Positions 9,479-18,523 of a stretch of 64,000 bases of DNA are shown here, piece after piece. Numbering within the stretch: position 1 is the stretch's first letter; each line of letters opens with the position of its first letter. The translations under genes and the position numbers were made by a program. Source of the stretch: Anaerolineales bacterium (GTDB lineage Bacteria > Chloroflexota > Anaerolineae > Anaerolineales > Villigracilaceae); assembly GCA_034411715.1 (NCBI GenBank), contig DAOUMJ010000209.1:11604-75603 (forward strand), read 5' to 3'. The notes under the pieces were generated by a model. That model worked only from the letters and a program-made list of their open reading frames with translations. It ran no database searches and had not been told where the DNA came from.

Positions 9479-10783
9479 ATGGCGCTCTCTGGAATTCAAA
9501 TCTACAAACTCTTGCCTCAGACGAACTGTAAAGAGTGTGGTTTCCCAACTTGTTTGGCCTTCGCGATGAAACTCGCCGCCAAGCAGGTCGAACTCGGCGC
9601 GTGTCCCTACGTCACCGATGAATCGAAAAAGCAACTGGCTGAATCGTCCGCGCCGCCCATCCGCCTCGTGGCGCTCAAGGCTGGCACGGAAGTCAAAGCG
9701 GGCAACGAGGTCTGCCTCTTCCGCCACGAAAAAACTTTTTACAACAAGCCTGGCCTGTTCATCCGCGTCAACGCCAGCGACCCCGACCTCGCGAAAAAAG
9801 TCGCGCAGGCCGACGCGTACAAGGTCAACTACGTGGGCATGGACTTCACGATTGACGGCTTCGCGGTCGGTGGGGATTCGGACCTGGGCGCGGCGGTCAA
9901 GACGATTCGCGGCGTGACGAAGCGACCGCTCATCCTCATCGGCGACGCGGCCTCGCTTCAATCTGGACTTTCGGCCTGCGGAGGCGAGACCCCATTGCTC
10001 TACGCGGCTGACGCGTCCAACGCCGACGCGCTCGCGGACCTCGCCAAGGGCAAAGCCGCCCTCGTCGTCAAAGCCGATTCGCTCGACGCGCTTGCCGACT
10101 TGACTCAGAAAGTCCAGGCGAAGGGCGTGGAAGATATCGTTCTCGATCCGTCCGCCTCCACGCTTGGCGCGTCCTTGGCTGTCAACACGCAACTGCGCCG
10201 ACTCGCCCTGAAAAATTTCCGTCCATTGGGCTATCCCATCATCGCCTTCCCCTGCGACGCGAAAGACGAGGGCATCGCGGCCGCGCAAGCCATCGCCAAG
10301 TATGCGGGCTTCATCGTGTTGAGCGAGTTCAAACCCGAACTGCTCTACCCGCTGCTCGTCCTGCGCGAGAACATCTACACCGACCCGCAGAAACCGATTC
10401 AAGTCCAACCTGGCATCTACGAGATCAACCAGCCCAAACCCGAAAGCCCCGTGCTGGTCACCACGAACTTCAGCATCACCTACTTCTCGGTTGCCAACGA
10501 GGTCGAAGGCTCAGGCCTTCCCGCCTGGCTGGTCGTGACCGACGCGGAAGGTATGTCCGTGCTGACCGCGTGGGCGGCGGGAAAATTCGACGCGGAGAGA
10601 ATCGCCAAGGCCATCAAAGGCTTCGACGTGGCGAGCAAAGTCAGCAAGAAGCGCGTCGTCCTGCCTGGACACGTCGCCGTGCTTTCGGGCGAACTCGAAG
10701 CGGAACTGCCCGACTGGGAGATTCGCGTCGGCCCGCGCGAGGCGGTGGATTTGCCCGCGTTTATGAAGCAGGCGCTGAATTAG
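9479..10783 (+). CDS. acsC: Corrinoid iron-sulfur protein large subunit (CFeSP gamma, AcsC/CdhE)
   Basis: N-terminal 4Fe-4S motif 'LPQTNCKECGFPTCLAFAMKLAAKQVELGACPYV'. 434 aa. AAGGAG lies upstream. Confidence 0.92.
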   Translation: MALSGIQIYKLLPQTNCKECGFPTCLAFAMKLAAKQVELGACPYVTDESKKQLAESSAPPIRLVALKAGTEVKAGNEVCLFRHEKTFYNKPGLFIRVNASDPDLAKKVAQADAYKVNYVGMDFTIDGFAVGGDSDLGAAVKTIRGVTKRPLILIGDAASLQSGLSACGGETPLLYAADASNADALADLAKGKAALVVKADSLDALADLTQKVQAKGVEDIVLDPSASTLGASLAVNTQLRRLALKNFRPLGYPIIAFPCDAKDEGIAAAQAIAKYAGFIVLSEFKPELLYPLLVLRENIYTDPQKPIQVQPGIYEINQPKPESPVLVTTNFSITYFSVANEVEGSGLPAWLVVTDAEGMSVLTAWAAGKFDAERIAKAIKGFDVASKVSKKRVVLPGHVAVLSGELEAELPDWEIRVGPREAVDLPAFMKQALN

Positions 10784-10845
10784 GTAGACAGGTAAACAGG
10801 TCGCGCGCTCCACGTGTGTACTTGTGTACGTGTTTACCTGTGTAC
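10784..10845. repeat. GTACACAG-family imperfect palindrome, acsC-acsV spacer
   Basis: Left arm GTAGACAGGTAAACAGGT. Right arm ACGTGTGTACTTGTGTACGTGTTTACCTGTGTAC. Confidence 0.85.
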
Positions 10846-10851
10846 CCCCCC

Positions 10852-12801
10852 ATGAACCACACCCTCACCTTCACTCACGAAGACAAGCAAGCCAGCGTCA
10901 CCGTTCCCACCAACACGCTGCTGGCTGACGCGGCGCGTCTCGCGGGGATTGATATCGGCCAGCCATGCGGCGGGCAGGGACGCTGCGGCCGCTGCGCGGT
11001 GCAGGTGACGGAGGGCGAAGTTCGACGCAGAAGCACACTCCGCCTCTCCGTGTCGGACGTGAATGAGGGTTACGCGTTGGCTTGTCAAACCGTTGCTGAA
11101 GGCAACGCCGCGATCTTCGTCCCGCCGCAGGAAAAGATCGAACGGCGACTCACGACCGATCGCGTCGTCGCGGAAGTCACCGTCCCTGCGGATTACGATT
11201 ACGACGCGTTCCAGACCGTCCGCCGTGTGCATCTGCAACTCAGCCCTCCCAGCATGGATGACCAGACCGACGACTGGGCGAGATTGCAAATCGCGTTTCG
11301 ATTGCAGCATGGGATGGAGAGTGTTGCGTGTTCCGTTGGCTTGCTGCGAAAGATCGGCGCCGTCCTCCGCGAAGGCGATTGGAACGTCACCGCCGTCATC
11401 GAAACTCCGCGACTAGCCGACCACGCGACTATTCGACTATTAGACTTACAACCGGGCCGCGTGGACGAATACTCCCCCCTCTGGGGCGCGGCGATTGACA
11501 TCGGCACAACGACGGTCACGCTCTGGCTGGTGGATCTGGTGACGGGACAAGTCCGCGCGCAGGCCGCCGAATACAACGGCCAGATCGCGCGCGGCGAGGA
11601 CGTGATCTCGCGCATCATCTACGCCAGCAAGGACGGCGGCGGGGACGAGATGCGCCAGCGCGTGCTGGATACGATCAACGGCCTGCTCGAAGCCGCCTGC
11701 AAGCGCGTGAAGTCCCCCGAGGGAAAAGTGACGCCCGACCAGGTTGTGAAAGCGACCATCTCTGGCAATAGCACGATGATGCACCTTCTGCTTGGAATCC
11801 CCGCCGCGCCGATTCGACTCTCGCCGTTTATCACGACGGTCAATCATCCGCCCGCGATGACCGCGCGCGAAGTGGGCTTGCACGCGCACCCCGAAGCGGC
11901 GGTGGATTGCCTGCCCGGCGTCGCGAGTTACGTCGGCGCGGATATTACGGCGGGCGCGCTGTCGTCCGGACTCGACGACGCGGAAAACGTGACGCTGTTC
12001 CTCGATGTCGGCACGAACGGCGAAACGGTGCTGGGCAACCGCGATTGGCTGGTGACGTGCGCGTGTTCGGCGGGTCCTGCCTTCGAGGGCGCGGGGGTGG
12101 TGGACGGGATGCGCGCAACGCAAGGCGCCATCGAAGAGGTGTGGATCAACAGCGAAACGCTCGAGCCGACGTACCGCGTCATCGGCGGAGGCAAGCCGAA
12201 GGGAATTTGCGGAAGCGGGCTGATCTCCCTCTTGTCGGAGGCGTTCATCACGGGAGTCCTCGACAAGGGAGGCAACGTCAATTTGGCCGCGCCCAGCCCG
12301 AGGGTCCGGGAAGGAGCGCACGGCGGGGAGTACGTCGTCGCCTGGGGAGCGGAGACCGAGTCGGGCGAGGATATTGTCCTGACGCGCGTCGACATTGACA
12401 ATCTCCTGCGCGCCAAGGCCGCGATCTACGCGGGCTTTACCGTCCTTGCCGAGAATGTCGGCATCCCGCTCGAAAGCGTGGAGCGCGTGCTGGTGGGCGG
12501 GTCGTTCGGAAAATACATCAACGTCGAGAAGGCCGTGCAGATCGGGCTTTTACCAGATCTCGAATGGAAGCGCTTCGAGTTTCTCGGCAATACGTCGGTG
12601 AAGGGCGCGTATCTCGCGCTGCTCGATTGGAGGAAGCGCGAGCGCATCACTGAGATCGCGAAGCGAATGACTTATATCGAACTTTCCGCGGACAACACAT
12701 TCTACGAGGCGTTCACGTCCGCGTTGTTTTTGCCGCACACGGATTTGAGCAAGTTTCCGAGTGTGGCGGAGGCTCTTGAACGTAAACAGGTAGACACGTA
12801 A
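10852..12801 (+). CDS. acsV: Reductive activator of CFeSP (RACo/AcsV type: 2Fe-2S ferredoxin domain plus ASKHA ATPase)
   Basis: Start moved to ATG 10852 ('MNHTLTF...'), because the track ORF from 10570 overlaps acsC. Plant-type ferredoxin motif 'CGGQGRCGRCAV..ACQ', then an ASKHA-like 'AAIDIGTTTVTLWLVD' and 'LFLDVGTNGE'. The stop lies inside a repeat element. Confidence 0.85.
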   Translation: MNHTLTFTHEDKQASVTVPTNTLLADAARLAGIDIGQPCGGQGRCGRCAVQVTEGEVRRRSTLRLSVSDVNEGYALACQTVAEGNAAIFVPPQEKIERRLTTDRVVAEVTVPADYDYDAFQTVRRVHLQLSPPSMDDQTDDWARLQIAFRLQHGMESVACSVGLLRKIGAVLREGDWNVTAVIETPRLADHATIRLLDLQPGRVDEYSPLWGAAIDIGTTTVTLWLVDLVTGQVRAQAAEYNGQIARGEDVISRIIYASKDGGGDEMRQRVLDTINGLLEAACKRVKSPEGKVTPDQVVKATISGNSTMMHLLLGIPAAPIRLSPFITTVNHPPAMTAREVGLHAHPEAAVDCLPGVASYVGADITAGALSSGLDDAENVTLFLDVGTNGETVLGNRDWLVTCACSAGPAFEGAGVVDGMRATQGAIEEVWINSETLEPTYRVIGGGKPKGICGSGLISLLSEAFITGVLDKGGNVNLAAPSPRVREGAHGGEYVVAWGAETESGEDIVLTRVDIDNLLRAKAAIYAGFTVLAENVGIPLESVERVLVGGSFGKYINVEKAVQIGLLPDLEWKRFEFLGNTSVKGAYLALLDWRKRERITEIAKRMTYIELSADNTFYEAFTSALFLPHTDLSKFPSVAEALERKQVDT

Positions 12802-12850
12802 ACAGGTACACAGGTGACGTGTGTACGTGTGTACCTGTGTACTTGTGTAC
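12782..12850. repeat. GTACACAG-family palindrome spanning the acsV stop codon
   Basis: GTAAACAGGTAGACACGTAAACAGGTACACAGGTGAC / GTGTGTACGTGTGTACCTGTGTACTTGTGTAC. The TAA at 12799-12801 lies inside the left arm. Confidence 0.85.
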
Positions 12851-12865
12851 TCGAAAGGAGAGACC

Positions 12866-13432
12866 ATGCTGCCAGACCAAATCAAAACATTCCGCGAAAT
12901 GGTCACGTTGAAAGACGGCGTTCACGTCCTGTTGAGACCGATGGTAAAAGAGGATCGCCCGCACCTGGATGAACTCTACCTGTCCGCGGCGGATGAGGAT
13001 GCGCGTTACCTGCGCGATAACGTCAAAGACCCGTCAGTTCTGCAGAAGTGGTGCGACACGCTGAATTACGACAACATCCTCCCCATGCTGGCGATGGTCA
13101 AGGATCGCGCCGTCGGAAGCGGCACGCTTCACTTTCTCAAAGGACCGAAACGCCATATCGGCGAGATTCGAATTTTCCTGACGCGCGAGTTTCGCAAGCG
13201 CGGGCTTGGCACGAAGATCATCCGCATGCTGGTGGATTTCGCGCGCCGGCAGGGACTCTCGCTCCTGCTGGCGGAGGTCACAGCCGACCAGCCGAAAGTG
13301 ATCCACGCCTTCGAGCAAATTGGTTTCAAAGCCCGCTGCACGCTCGAAGATTACTTCATGTTCCCCGACGGCGATTGCTCGGATGTGGTTGTGATGACCA
13401 TGGAGCTGAAGCCGCGCGGGGAGGAGTTCTGA
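12866..13432 (+). CDS. GNAT-family N-acetyltransferase
   Basis: Start at ATG 12866 after AGGAG. Acetyl-CoA-binding-like 'REFRKRGLGTKIIRMLVDFARRQG'. Embedded between acsV and acsE. Confidence 0.75.
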   Translation: MLPDQIKTFREMVTLKDGVHVLLRPMVKEDRPHLDELYLSAADEDARYLRDNVKDPSVLQKWCDTLNYDNILPMLAMVKDRAVGSGTLHFLKGPKRHIGEIRIFLTREFRKRGLGTKIIRMLVDFARRQGLSLLLAEVTADQPKVIHAFEQIGFKARCTLEDYFMFPDGDCSDVVVMTMELKPRGEEF

Positions 13433-13436
13433 GGAG

Positions 13437-13513
13437 GTAAACACGTAGACAGGTACACAGGTAAACACGTATACACGTGACCTGTCTACCTGTGTACTTG
13501 TGTACTTGTATAC
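13437..13513. repeat. GTACACAG-family palindrome, GNAT-acsE spacer
   Basis: GTAAACACGTAGACAGGTACACAGGTAAACACGTATACACGTGAC / CTGTCTACCTGTGTACTTGTGTACTTGTATAC. Confidence 0.85.
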
Positions 13514-13532
13514 CAACCAACTGGAGGCACAA

Positions 13533-14456
13533 ATGCTGATCATAGGCGAAAACATTCATATCATCTCCGAGAAAGTCAAGGAGGCGTTGGCTAATCGCGA
13601 CCGCGAGTTCTTCATGGATTTGGCCGTCAAGCAGGTGGAGGCGGGGGCGAAGGCGATTGACATCAACCTCGGGCCGCGCAAGAAGGATTGGGCGGAGGTC
13701 TTCCCGTGGATCGTCGAGACGATCGAGACCGTGGTGGATGTGCCGCTCTCGATTGACACGACCAACGTGGACGGGATGGAAGCCGCGCTCAAAACCATCA
13801 AGAAGGCGCAGCCGATCCTGAATTCGACATCGGCGGAACCCGAACGATTGGAAAAAGTCCCGCTGCTGGCAAAGAAATACAACGCCAAGATCATCGCGCT
13901 GACGATGGGGACGAGCGGCATCCCCGTCGAGGCCGACGCGCGCGTCAATATCGCGGTCGAGACGTTGATTCCGCGACTCATGGAGATCGGCTTCAACATG
14001 GACGATCTCATCATTGACCCGCTGGTGCTGACCGTTTCAGGCTGCCAGCAATACTGCCCGCACTTGATCGAAACCGTGCGGATGTTGCAATACGCCTGGG
14101 ATCCGGCGCCGAAGATCTCGGTCGGGTTGAGCAACGTGTCGAACGCCGTCCCGAACGAGAACCGTCCGCTCATCAACCGCGTCTACCTCGCCATGCTGAT
14201 GGGCGTCGGCCTGCAGACGATGATCGCCAATCCGTTCGACGAAAAGCAGAACGACGTCATCCGCTGGATCGAAACGAAGGACGCCTCGTCCCCGCTGGCG
14301 CGGCTGTATAACAAGATCGCCGAACGCACCGCCAACAGCGAAGAACCGCAGATGGAAGACTTCGATTTGTCCGATCCCGAACAGTCCGCCATCTGGAAGA
14401 CGACGCAGATTCTGTTGAACAAAGTCATTTATGCGGATGCGTATCTGGCGAACTGA
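13533..14456 (+). CDS. acsE: Methyltetrahydrofolate:CFeSP methyltransferase (pterin-binding domain)
   Basis: Start at ATG 13533 after GGAGG. 'MLIIGENIHIISEKV...AGAKAIDINLGP' is a typical AcsE/MeTr N-terminus. Confidence 0.9.
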   Translation: MLIIGENIHIISEKVKEALANRDREFFMDLAVKQVEAGAKAIDINLGPRKKDWAEVFPWIVETIETVVDVPLSIDTTNVDGMEAALKTIKKAQPILNSTSAEPERLEKVPLLAKKYNAKIIALTMGTSGIPVEADARVNIAVETLIPRLMEIGFNMDDLIIDPLVLTVSGCQQYCPHLIETVRMLQYAWDPAPKISVGLSNVSNAVPNENRPLINRVYLAMLMGVGLQTMIANPFDEKQNDVIRWIETKDASSPLARLYNKIAERTANSEEPQMEDFDLSDPEQSAIWKTTQILLNKVIYADAYLAN

Positions 14457-14700
14457 GCCGCGCCCCACCAGATGGATAATTGACCGCTTGCATAAGTCAG
14501 CCGACGTTAGAGAACGTCTCTTACGCAGGGCGTATTGTGCGCTCTCCCCTGGCACCGCCCGCCAGGGCAGGTGTAGCGCACTTCTGCAAGAGGTCTAATG
14601 AAAGGATTTCGCGTAAAAAGCGGAATGATGTCAGCAGAATAGAGACAAACGACACTGGCGAGATGCGGGCAAAAGTCTACAATTAAGATAAGGATACTTT

Positions 14701-17700
14701 ATGTCTAACGCCGCACCCTTTCCCGCTCGTCGAAAGCCCGCCGTAACGCTGGTGGTCGGTGGCGGCATCGGGGGAATGCGCGCCGCGCTCGATTTGGCGG
14801 ACGCGGGCTTGAAGGTCTGCCTGGTCGAGCAGACGCCCTACCTCGGCGGCCGCGTCGCGCAATTGGGATTCATGTTTCCCCAACACGACTGCGTCCTCTG
14901 CCGCGGCACACCCGACCACGGATACGGCTGTACGCGTCCCTCGATCTCGCCCGCCTACATCCAGCACAACCAGCATCCCAACATCGAAATCCTGACCAGC
15001 ACGCATATCACCGACGTGGAGGGGGAGGCGGGCGATTTCACCGTCTCCCTGCGCGAGGAGCCGCGTTATGTTGACGTGTCGCGCTGCACCAGTTGCGGCT
15101 TGTGCGCCGAGGCTTGTCCCGTCGAACTGCCAAATGACTATCAACTGGGCATGACCAGGCGGAAGGCGGCCTACAAACTGGCCGCCCGCGCCGCGCCCGA
15201 CGCGTATTGCATTGACCGCGGCCCCTATTGCGACGACTGCCGCAAATGCGTCGAAGCCTGCCCGAGCAAGGCGATCAACCTCGAGGAACAGCCGCGTCTT
15301 TCCTCGGTGGAGGTGGGCGCGATCATCCTCGCGCTCGGCCACCAGATGTACAACGCCGCCGAACTGGAGGAACTGGGCTACGGACGCTACCCAAACGTGG
15401 TGCAGGCTCTCCAGTACGAGCGTCTCGCCTCCCGGTCAGGCCCGACCGAGGGGTTGGTCGTCCGTCCCTCGGACGGCAAGCCGCCCCGATCCATCGCCTG
15501 GCTGCAGTGCATCGGTTCCCGCGACCAGGACAATCCGTTCTGCTCCTCCATTTGCTGCATGTACGCCACCAAGGAGGCGATCCTCGCCAAGCAGCGCCTG
15601 GGCGCAGACGTGCATTGCAGCGTCTTCATCATGGACGAGCGCGCCTTCAACAAGGAATACAGCGCCTATTTTGCCACGGCGCGCAACCGCCACAAGATCC
15701 AGTACAACCGCTGCCGCGTCTCTGCCGTGCGCGAAGATCCCGCCACGCGCCAGCTCATCCTGAACTTTGCCGACCCCAATGGAAAACTGCGCGAGGAAAC
15801 GTTCGACATGGTGGTTCTTGCCACCGGGCTCCAGCCGCCCGAATCGGCCGGGCAACTGGCGGAGATGCTCGACATCGGGCTGAACAAGTACGGCTTTTGC
15901 GAGACCGACAAATTCGCCCCGCTCCAGACCACGCGGCCGGGCGTCTTTGTCTGCGGCGCGTTCTCGTCCCCGAAGGAAATCGCCGAGACCATCATAGACG
16001 CCAGCGGCGCGGCGGCCGAGGTCATGCGCCTGCTCAACGACCGGCTGAACACGTACCCATACAGCCGCGAGTGGCCGTTCCTTTCCACGCAAAACGGATT
16101 CCCTCCCGAACGCGACGTGAGCGAAGAAGAACCGCGCGTGGGCGTCTTCGCCTGCAATTGCGGCGGGACGCTCAACGAGCATCTCGATTTCCCCAGGCTC
16201 ATTCAACAAGCCGGTCTCCTGCCCGGCGTGAAGACGGCAGAGATGGTGGATTTTGCCTGTTTCCCCGAAGGGCTGAGATATCTCCAGGAGCATATCCAAA
16301 ATGACCGGCTCAACCGGGTGGCGATCGCGGCGTGCAGCAACCGCACGCACGAATCGCTCTTCCAGCGGATGATGCGTCAGGCGGGACTCAACCCCTACTT
16401 GCTCGAACTGGTCAACCTGCGCGAGCAATGCGGCCGCGTCCACGAAGGACAACATGACCTTGCGAATCGCAAGGCGCTCGAAATGATCCGCCTCGCGGTG
16501 GGACGCGTCGGACTGGCGCAGCCCGTCTACAAGAAGAAGCATCGCTGCCGACCGAGCGCGCTCGTGATCGGCGGAGGGCTGGCCGGTATGACCGCCAGCC
16601 TGGCGATTGCCGACAGCGGTTACGACGTGGACCTGGTCGAACGCTCCGACCGATTGGGCGGAAACCTGCTCGACCTCTATTACGTCGCCGAGGGCTTCAA
16701 CCCCCAACGCCTGCTGCGCGATCTGGTGAATCGCGTGCGCGCCCACTCGCGCATCACGGTCCACACGCGTACCGAACTGGCCAGCCACAGCGGGCATTTG
16801 GGAAATTACGTCACCGGCCTGCGCGCCGGGCATAACGGGACAAGCGAAAACTTCGAGGTCGAACATGGCGTGACCATCATCGCCACCGGGGCCCAGGAAG
16901 CCCGCCAGCATCCCTATCCGAAGGCGCCCGGCGTGATCACCCAGCACGAGCTGGAAGAGAAGATCATCCACCAGCCGGAAGAGATCGCCGCCCTCAAGGA
17001 CGTGGTGATGATCCAATGCGTGCGGCCCGAAAGCGCGCCCGAATATTGCTCGCGGGTGTGCTGCACCAACGCCCTGAAAAACGCCATCCGCCTCAAACTG
17101 TTCAATCCCGCCTGCAATGTGACCGTCCTGTTCAAGAACATCGTGACCTATGGCTTCCGCGAGGAATACTACACCGAAGCGCGTGAACTGGGCGTGGTCT
17201 TCGTCCGCTACACCGACGCGGAGCCGCCGCAGGTCGCGTTCGATCACGATTACGACCGTCTCAAAGTGCGCGTGCGCGACCTGTCGCTCGATCGCTGGCT
17301 GAACCTCAAGGCGGATCTGATTCCCCTCAGCACGTCCATCGTCCCTTCGGCCGGCGCGGCGGAACTGGCGCGCCTCCTGCGCGTCCCGCTTTCCAGCGAG
17401 GGCTTCTTCGAGGAAGCGCAGATGAAACTGCGACCAATGGACTTCATGCGCGAGGGCATTTTCCTGGCGGGGATGGCGCATTACCCCAAATTCAGCGAGG
17501 AGGCCATCAGCCACGCCCTGGCAGCCGCGGCCCGCGCCGTGACCGTCCTCTCCCAGCGCGATTCGCTCTACCTCGGCGGCGTGGTCGCCCAGGTGGACCC
17601 GGAAAAATGCGTCGGCTGTCTCACCTGCACGCGCACCTGTCCGTTCGGCATTCCCCAGGTGATCCAGGAGGAAGGTCGGACGGGCGTCGGCGGTCTGGGC

Positions 17701-17865
17701 GGCGCGGCGTTCATTGACTCGGCCTTATGCCAGGGCTGCGGAACCTGCACCGGCGAGTGCCCGGCCAATGCCATCCAGTTGGTGCATTACACCGACGAGC
17801 AAATGATGCTGCACGACATCGGCGGACTGGGCGCATGGAGAGTGCCAGTAATCAGTGATCAGTGA
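14701..17865 (+). CDS. hdrA: HdrA-like FAD/FeS oxidoreductase (two HdrA-type modules, 1054 aa)
   Basis: 'VVGGGIGGMRAALDLADAG', 'MFPQHDCVLC', 'LQCIGSRD...CSSICCMYATKEA', a second 'VIGGGLAGMTASLAIADSG', and C-terminal 2x[4Fe-4S] 'CVGCLTCTRTCPFG...CQGCGTCTGECP'. Confidence 0.88.
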   Translation: MSNAAPFPARRKPAVTLVVGGGIGGMRAALDLADAGLKVCLVEQTPYLGGRVAQLGFMFPQHDCVLCRGTPDHGYGCTRPSISPAYIQHNQHPNIEILTSTHITDVEGEAGDFTVSLREEPRYVDVSRCTSCGLCAEACPVELPNDYQLGMTRRKAAYKLAARAAPDAYCIDRGPYCDDCRKCVEACPSKAINLEEQPRLSSVEVGAIILALGHQMYNAAELEELGYGRYPNVVQALQYERLASRSGPTEGLVVRPSDGKPPRSIAWLQCIGSRDQDNPFCSSICCMYATKEAILAKQRLGADVHCSVFIMDERAFNKEYSAYFATARNRHKIQYNRCRVSAVREDPATRQLILNFADPNGKLREETFDMVVLATGLQPPESAGQLAEMLDIGLNKYGFCETDKFAPLQTTRPGVFVCGAFSSPKEIAETIIDASGAAAEVMRLLNDRLNTYPYSREWPFLSTQNGFPPERDVSEEEPRVGVFACNCGGTLNEHLDFPRLIQQAGLLPGVKTAEMVDFACFPEGLRYLQEHIQNDRLNRVAIAACSNRTHESLFQRMMRQAGLNPYLLELVNLREQCGRVHEGQHDLANRKALEMIRLAVGRVGLAQPVYKKKHRCRPSALVIGGGLAGMTASLAIADSGYDVDLVERSDRLGGNLLDLYYVAEGFNPQRLLRDLVNRVRAHSRITVHTRTELASHSGHLGNYVTGLRAGHNGTSENFEVEHGVTIIATGAQEARQHPYPKAPGVITQHELEEKIIHQPEEIAALKDVVMIQCVRPESAPEYCSRVCCTNALKNAIRLKLFNPACNVTVLFKNIVTYGFREEYYTEARELGVVFVRYTDAEPPQVAFDHDYDRLKVRVRDLSLDRWLNLKADLIPLSTSIVPSAGAAELARLLRVPLSSEGFFEEAQMKLRPMDFMREGIFLAGMAHYPKFSEEAISHALAAAARAVTVLSQRDSLYLGGVVAQVDPEKCVGCLTCTRTCPFGIPQVIQEEGRTGVGGLGGAAFIDSALCQGCGTCTGECPANAIQLVHYTDEQMMLHDIGGLGAWRVPVISDQ

Positions 17866-17879
17866 TCAGCGGAAAAAAT

Positions 17880-18386
17880 ATGACCCAACCAGAAAAAATT
17901 TTCGAACCCGAGATCACCGCGTTTTATTGTATCTACTGCGGTTACATGGCCGCGGACACCGCCGGGGCGTTGCAGGTGCAGTACCCCGCCAATGTCAAAT
18001 TTGTGCGGATGCCCTGCTCCGGCAAGACCGACGTCCGCTACCTGCTGGAGGCCTTCGAGCGCGGCGCGGACGGCGTGTACGTGGTCGCCTGCCCAATCGG
18101 CAACTGTCATCACGTGCGCGGCAACGAACGCGGACGCGCCCGGCTCAATCGGGCAAAGAAGATCCTGGATGAAATCGGCCTGGGCGGGGAACGGTTGGAT
18201 ATGTTCTTCATGTCCGGCAGCCAGGCTCGCGCCTACGCGGCCGCCGCGCGGACGATGACGGATCGCATCCGCAAATTGGGACCGAATCCGTTGAAAGATG
18301 AAAGCGGAAAGATGAAAGATGAAATGAAGCCGCCGGTGGAAGAAGAAGAAGCCGAGTTCCGCGGCAGACGGCAGAAGAAAGGATAA
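17880..18386 (+). CDS. mvhD: MvhD-type (methyl-viologen-reducing hydrogenase delta-like) protein, Cys form, with a repeat-derived C-terminal tail
   Basis: 'ITAFYCIYCGYMAAD...MPCSGKTD...GADGVYVVACPIGNCHH'. The tail 'LKDESGKMKDEMKPPVEEEE' is encoded by GATGAAG-type repeats. Confidence 0.85.
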   Translation: MTQPEKIFEPEITAFYCIYCGYMAADTAGALQVQYPANVKFVRMPCSGKTDVRYLLEAFERGADGVYVVACPIGNCHHVRGNERGRARLNRAKKILDEIGLGGERLDMFFMSGSQARAYAAAARTMTDRIRKLGPNPLKDESGKMKDEMKPPVEEEEAEFRGRRQKKG

Positions 18387-18523
18387 GCAAGAAAGGATGA
18401 AGGCGGAAGGATGAAGGATGAAATGAAAGTCCCCGCAAAAGAAGAAGATGAGAGGATGAAATCGAACGATTCATCCTTCATCCCTTCGACTTCGCTCAGG
18501 GCAAGCCTTCATAATTCATCCTT
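18292..18523. repeat. GATGAAG/GATGAAA heptamer arrays and hairpins spanning the mvhD 3' end, the spacer and the hdrL 5' end
   Basis: GAAAGATGAAAGCGGAAAGATGAAAGATGAAATGAAG; AGGATGAAGGCGGAAGGATGAAGGATGAAATGAAAG; hairpin GGATGAAATCG-AA-CGATTCATCC; then TTCGACTTCGCTCAGGGCAAG. Confidence 0.85.

Noticed and set aside
8300-10408. Very long antisense or alternative-frame ORFs. Examples: 8300..10408(-) 702 aa, 15436..17514(-) 692 aa, 19734..21029(-), 25975..27426(-), 27777..29336(+), 29390..30913(+), 36605..37912(-), 46809..47906(+), 49873..51237(+), 60463..61665(-).
   Set aside because: They overlap confidently identified genes on the other strand or in another frame. Their translations are Arg/Gly/Ala/His-rich low-complexity, typical of shadow ORFs in GC-rich DNA, and show no motifs.
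10570-10851. An N-terminal extension of the acsV-type gene (track ORF from 10570). Similar upstream extensions occur at 12821, 13500, 17862, 24793, 3566, 45607, 52456, 54009 and 31880.
   Set aside because: The extensions overlap the preceding gene or run through repeat elements. Internal ATGs with good SD sequences coincide with the start of homology.
12866-13432. The GNAT (and the CBS gene at 7789) inside the acs operon as a regulatory novelty.
   Set aside because: The data in this window show only adjacency, with no specific motif linking them to ACS/CFeSP. This is too speculative to report as a finding.
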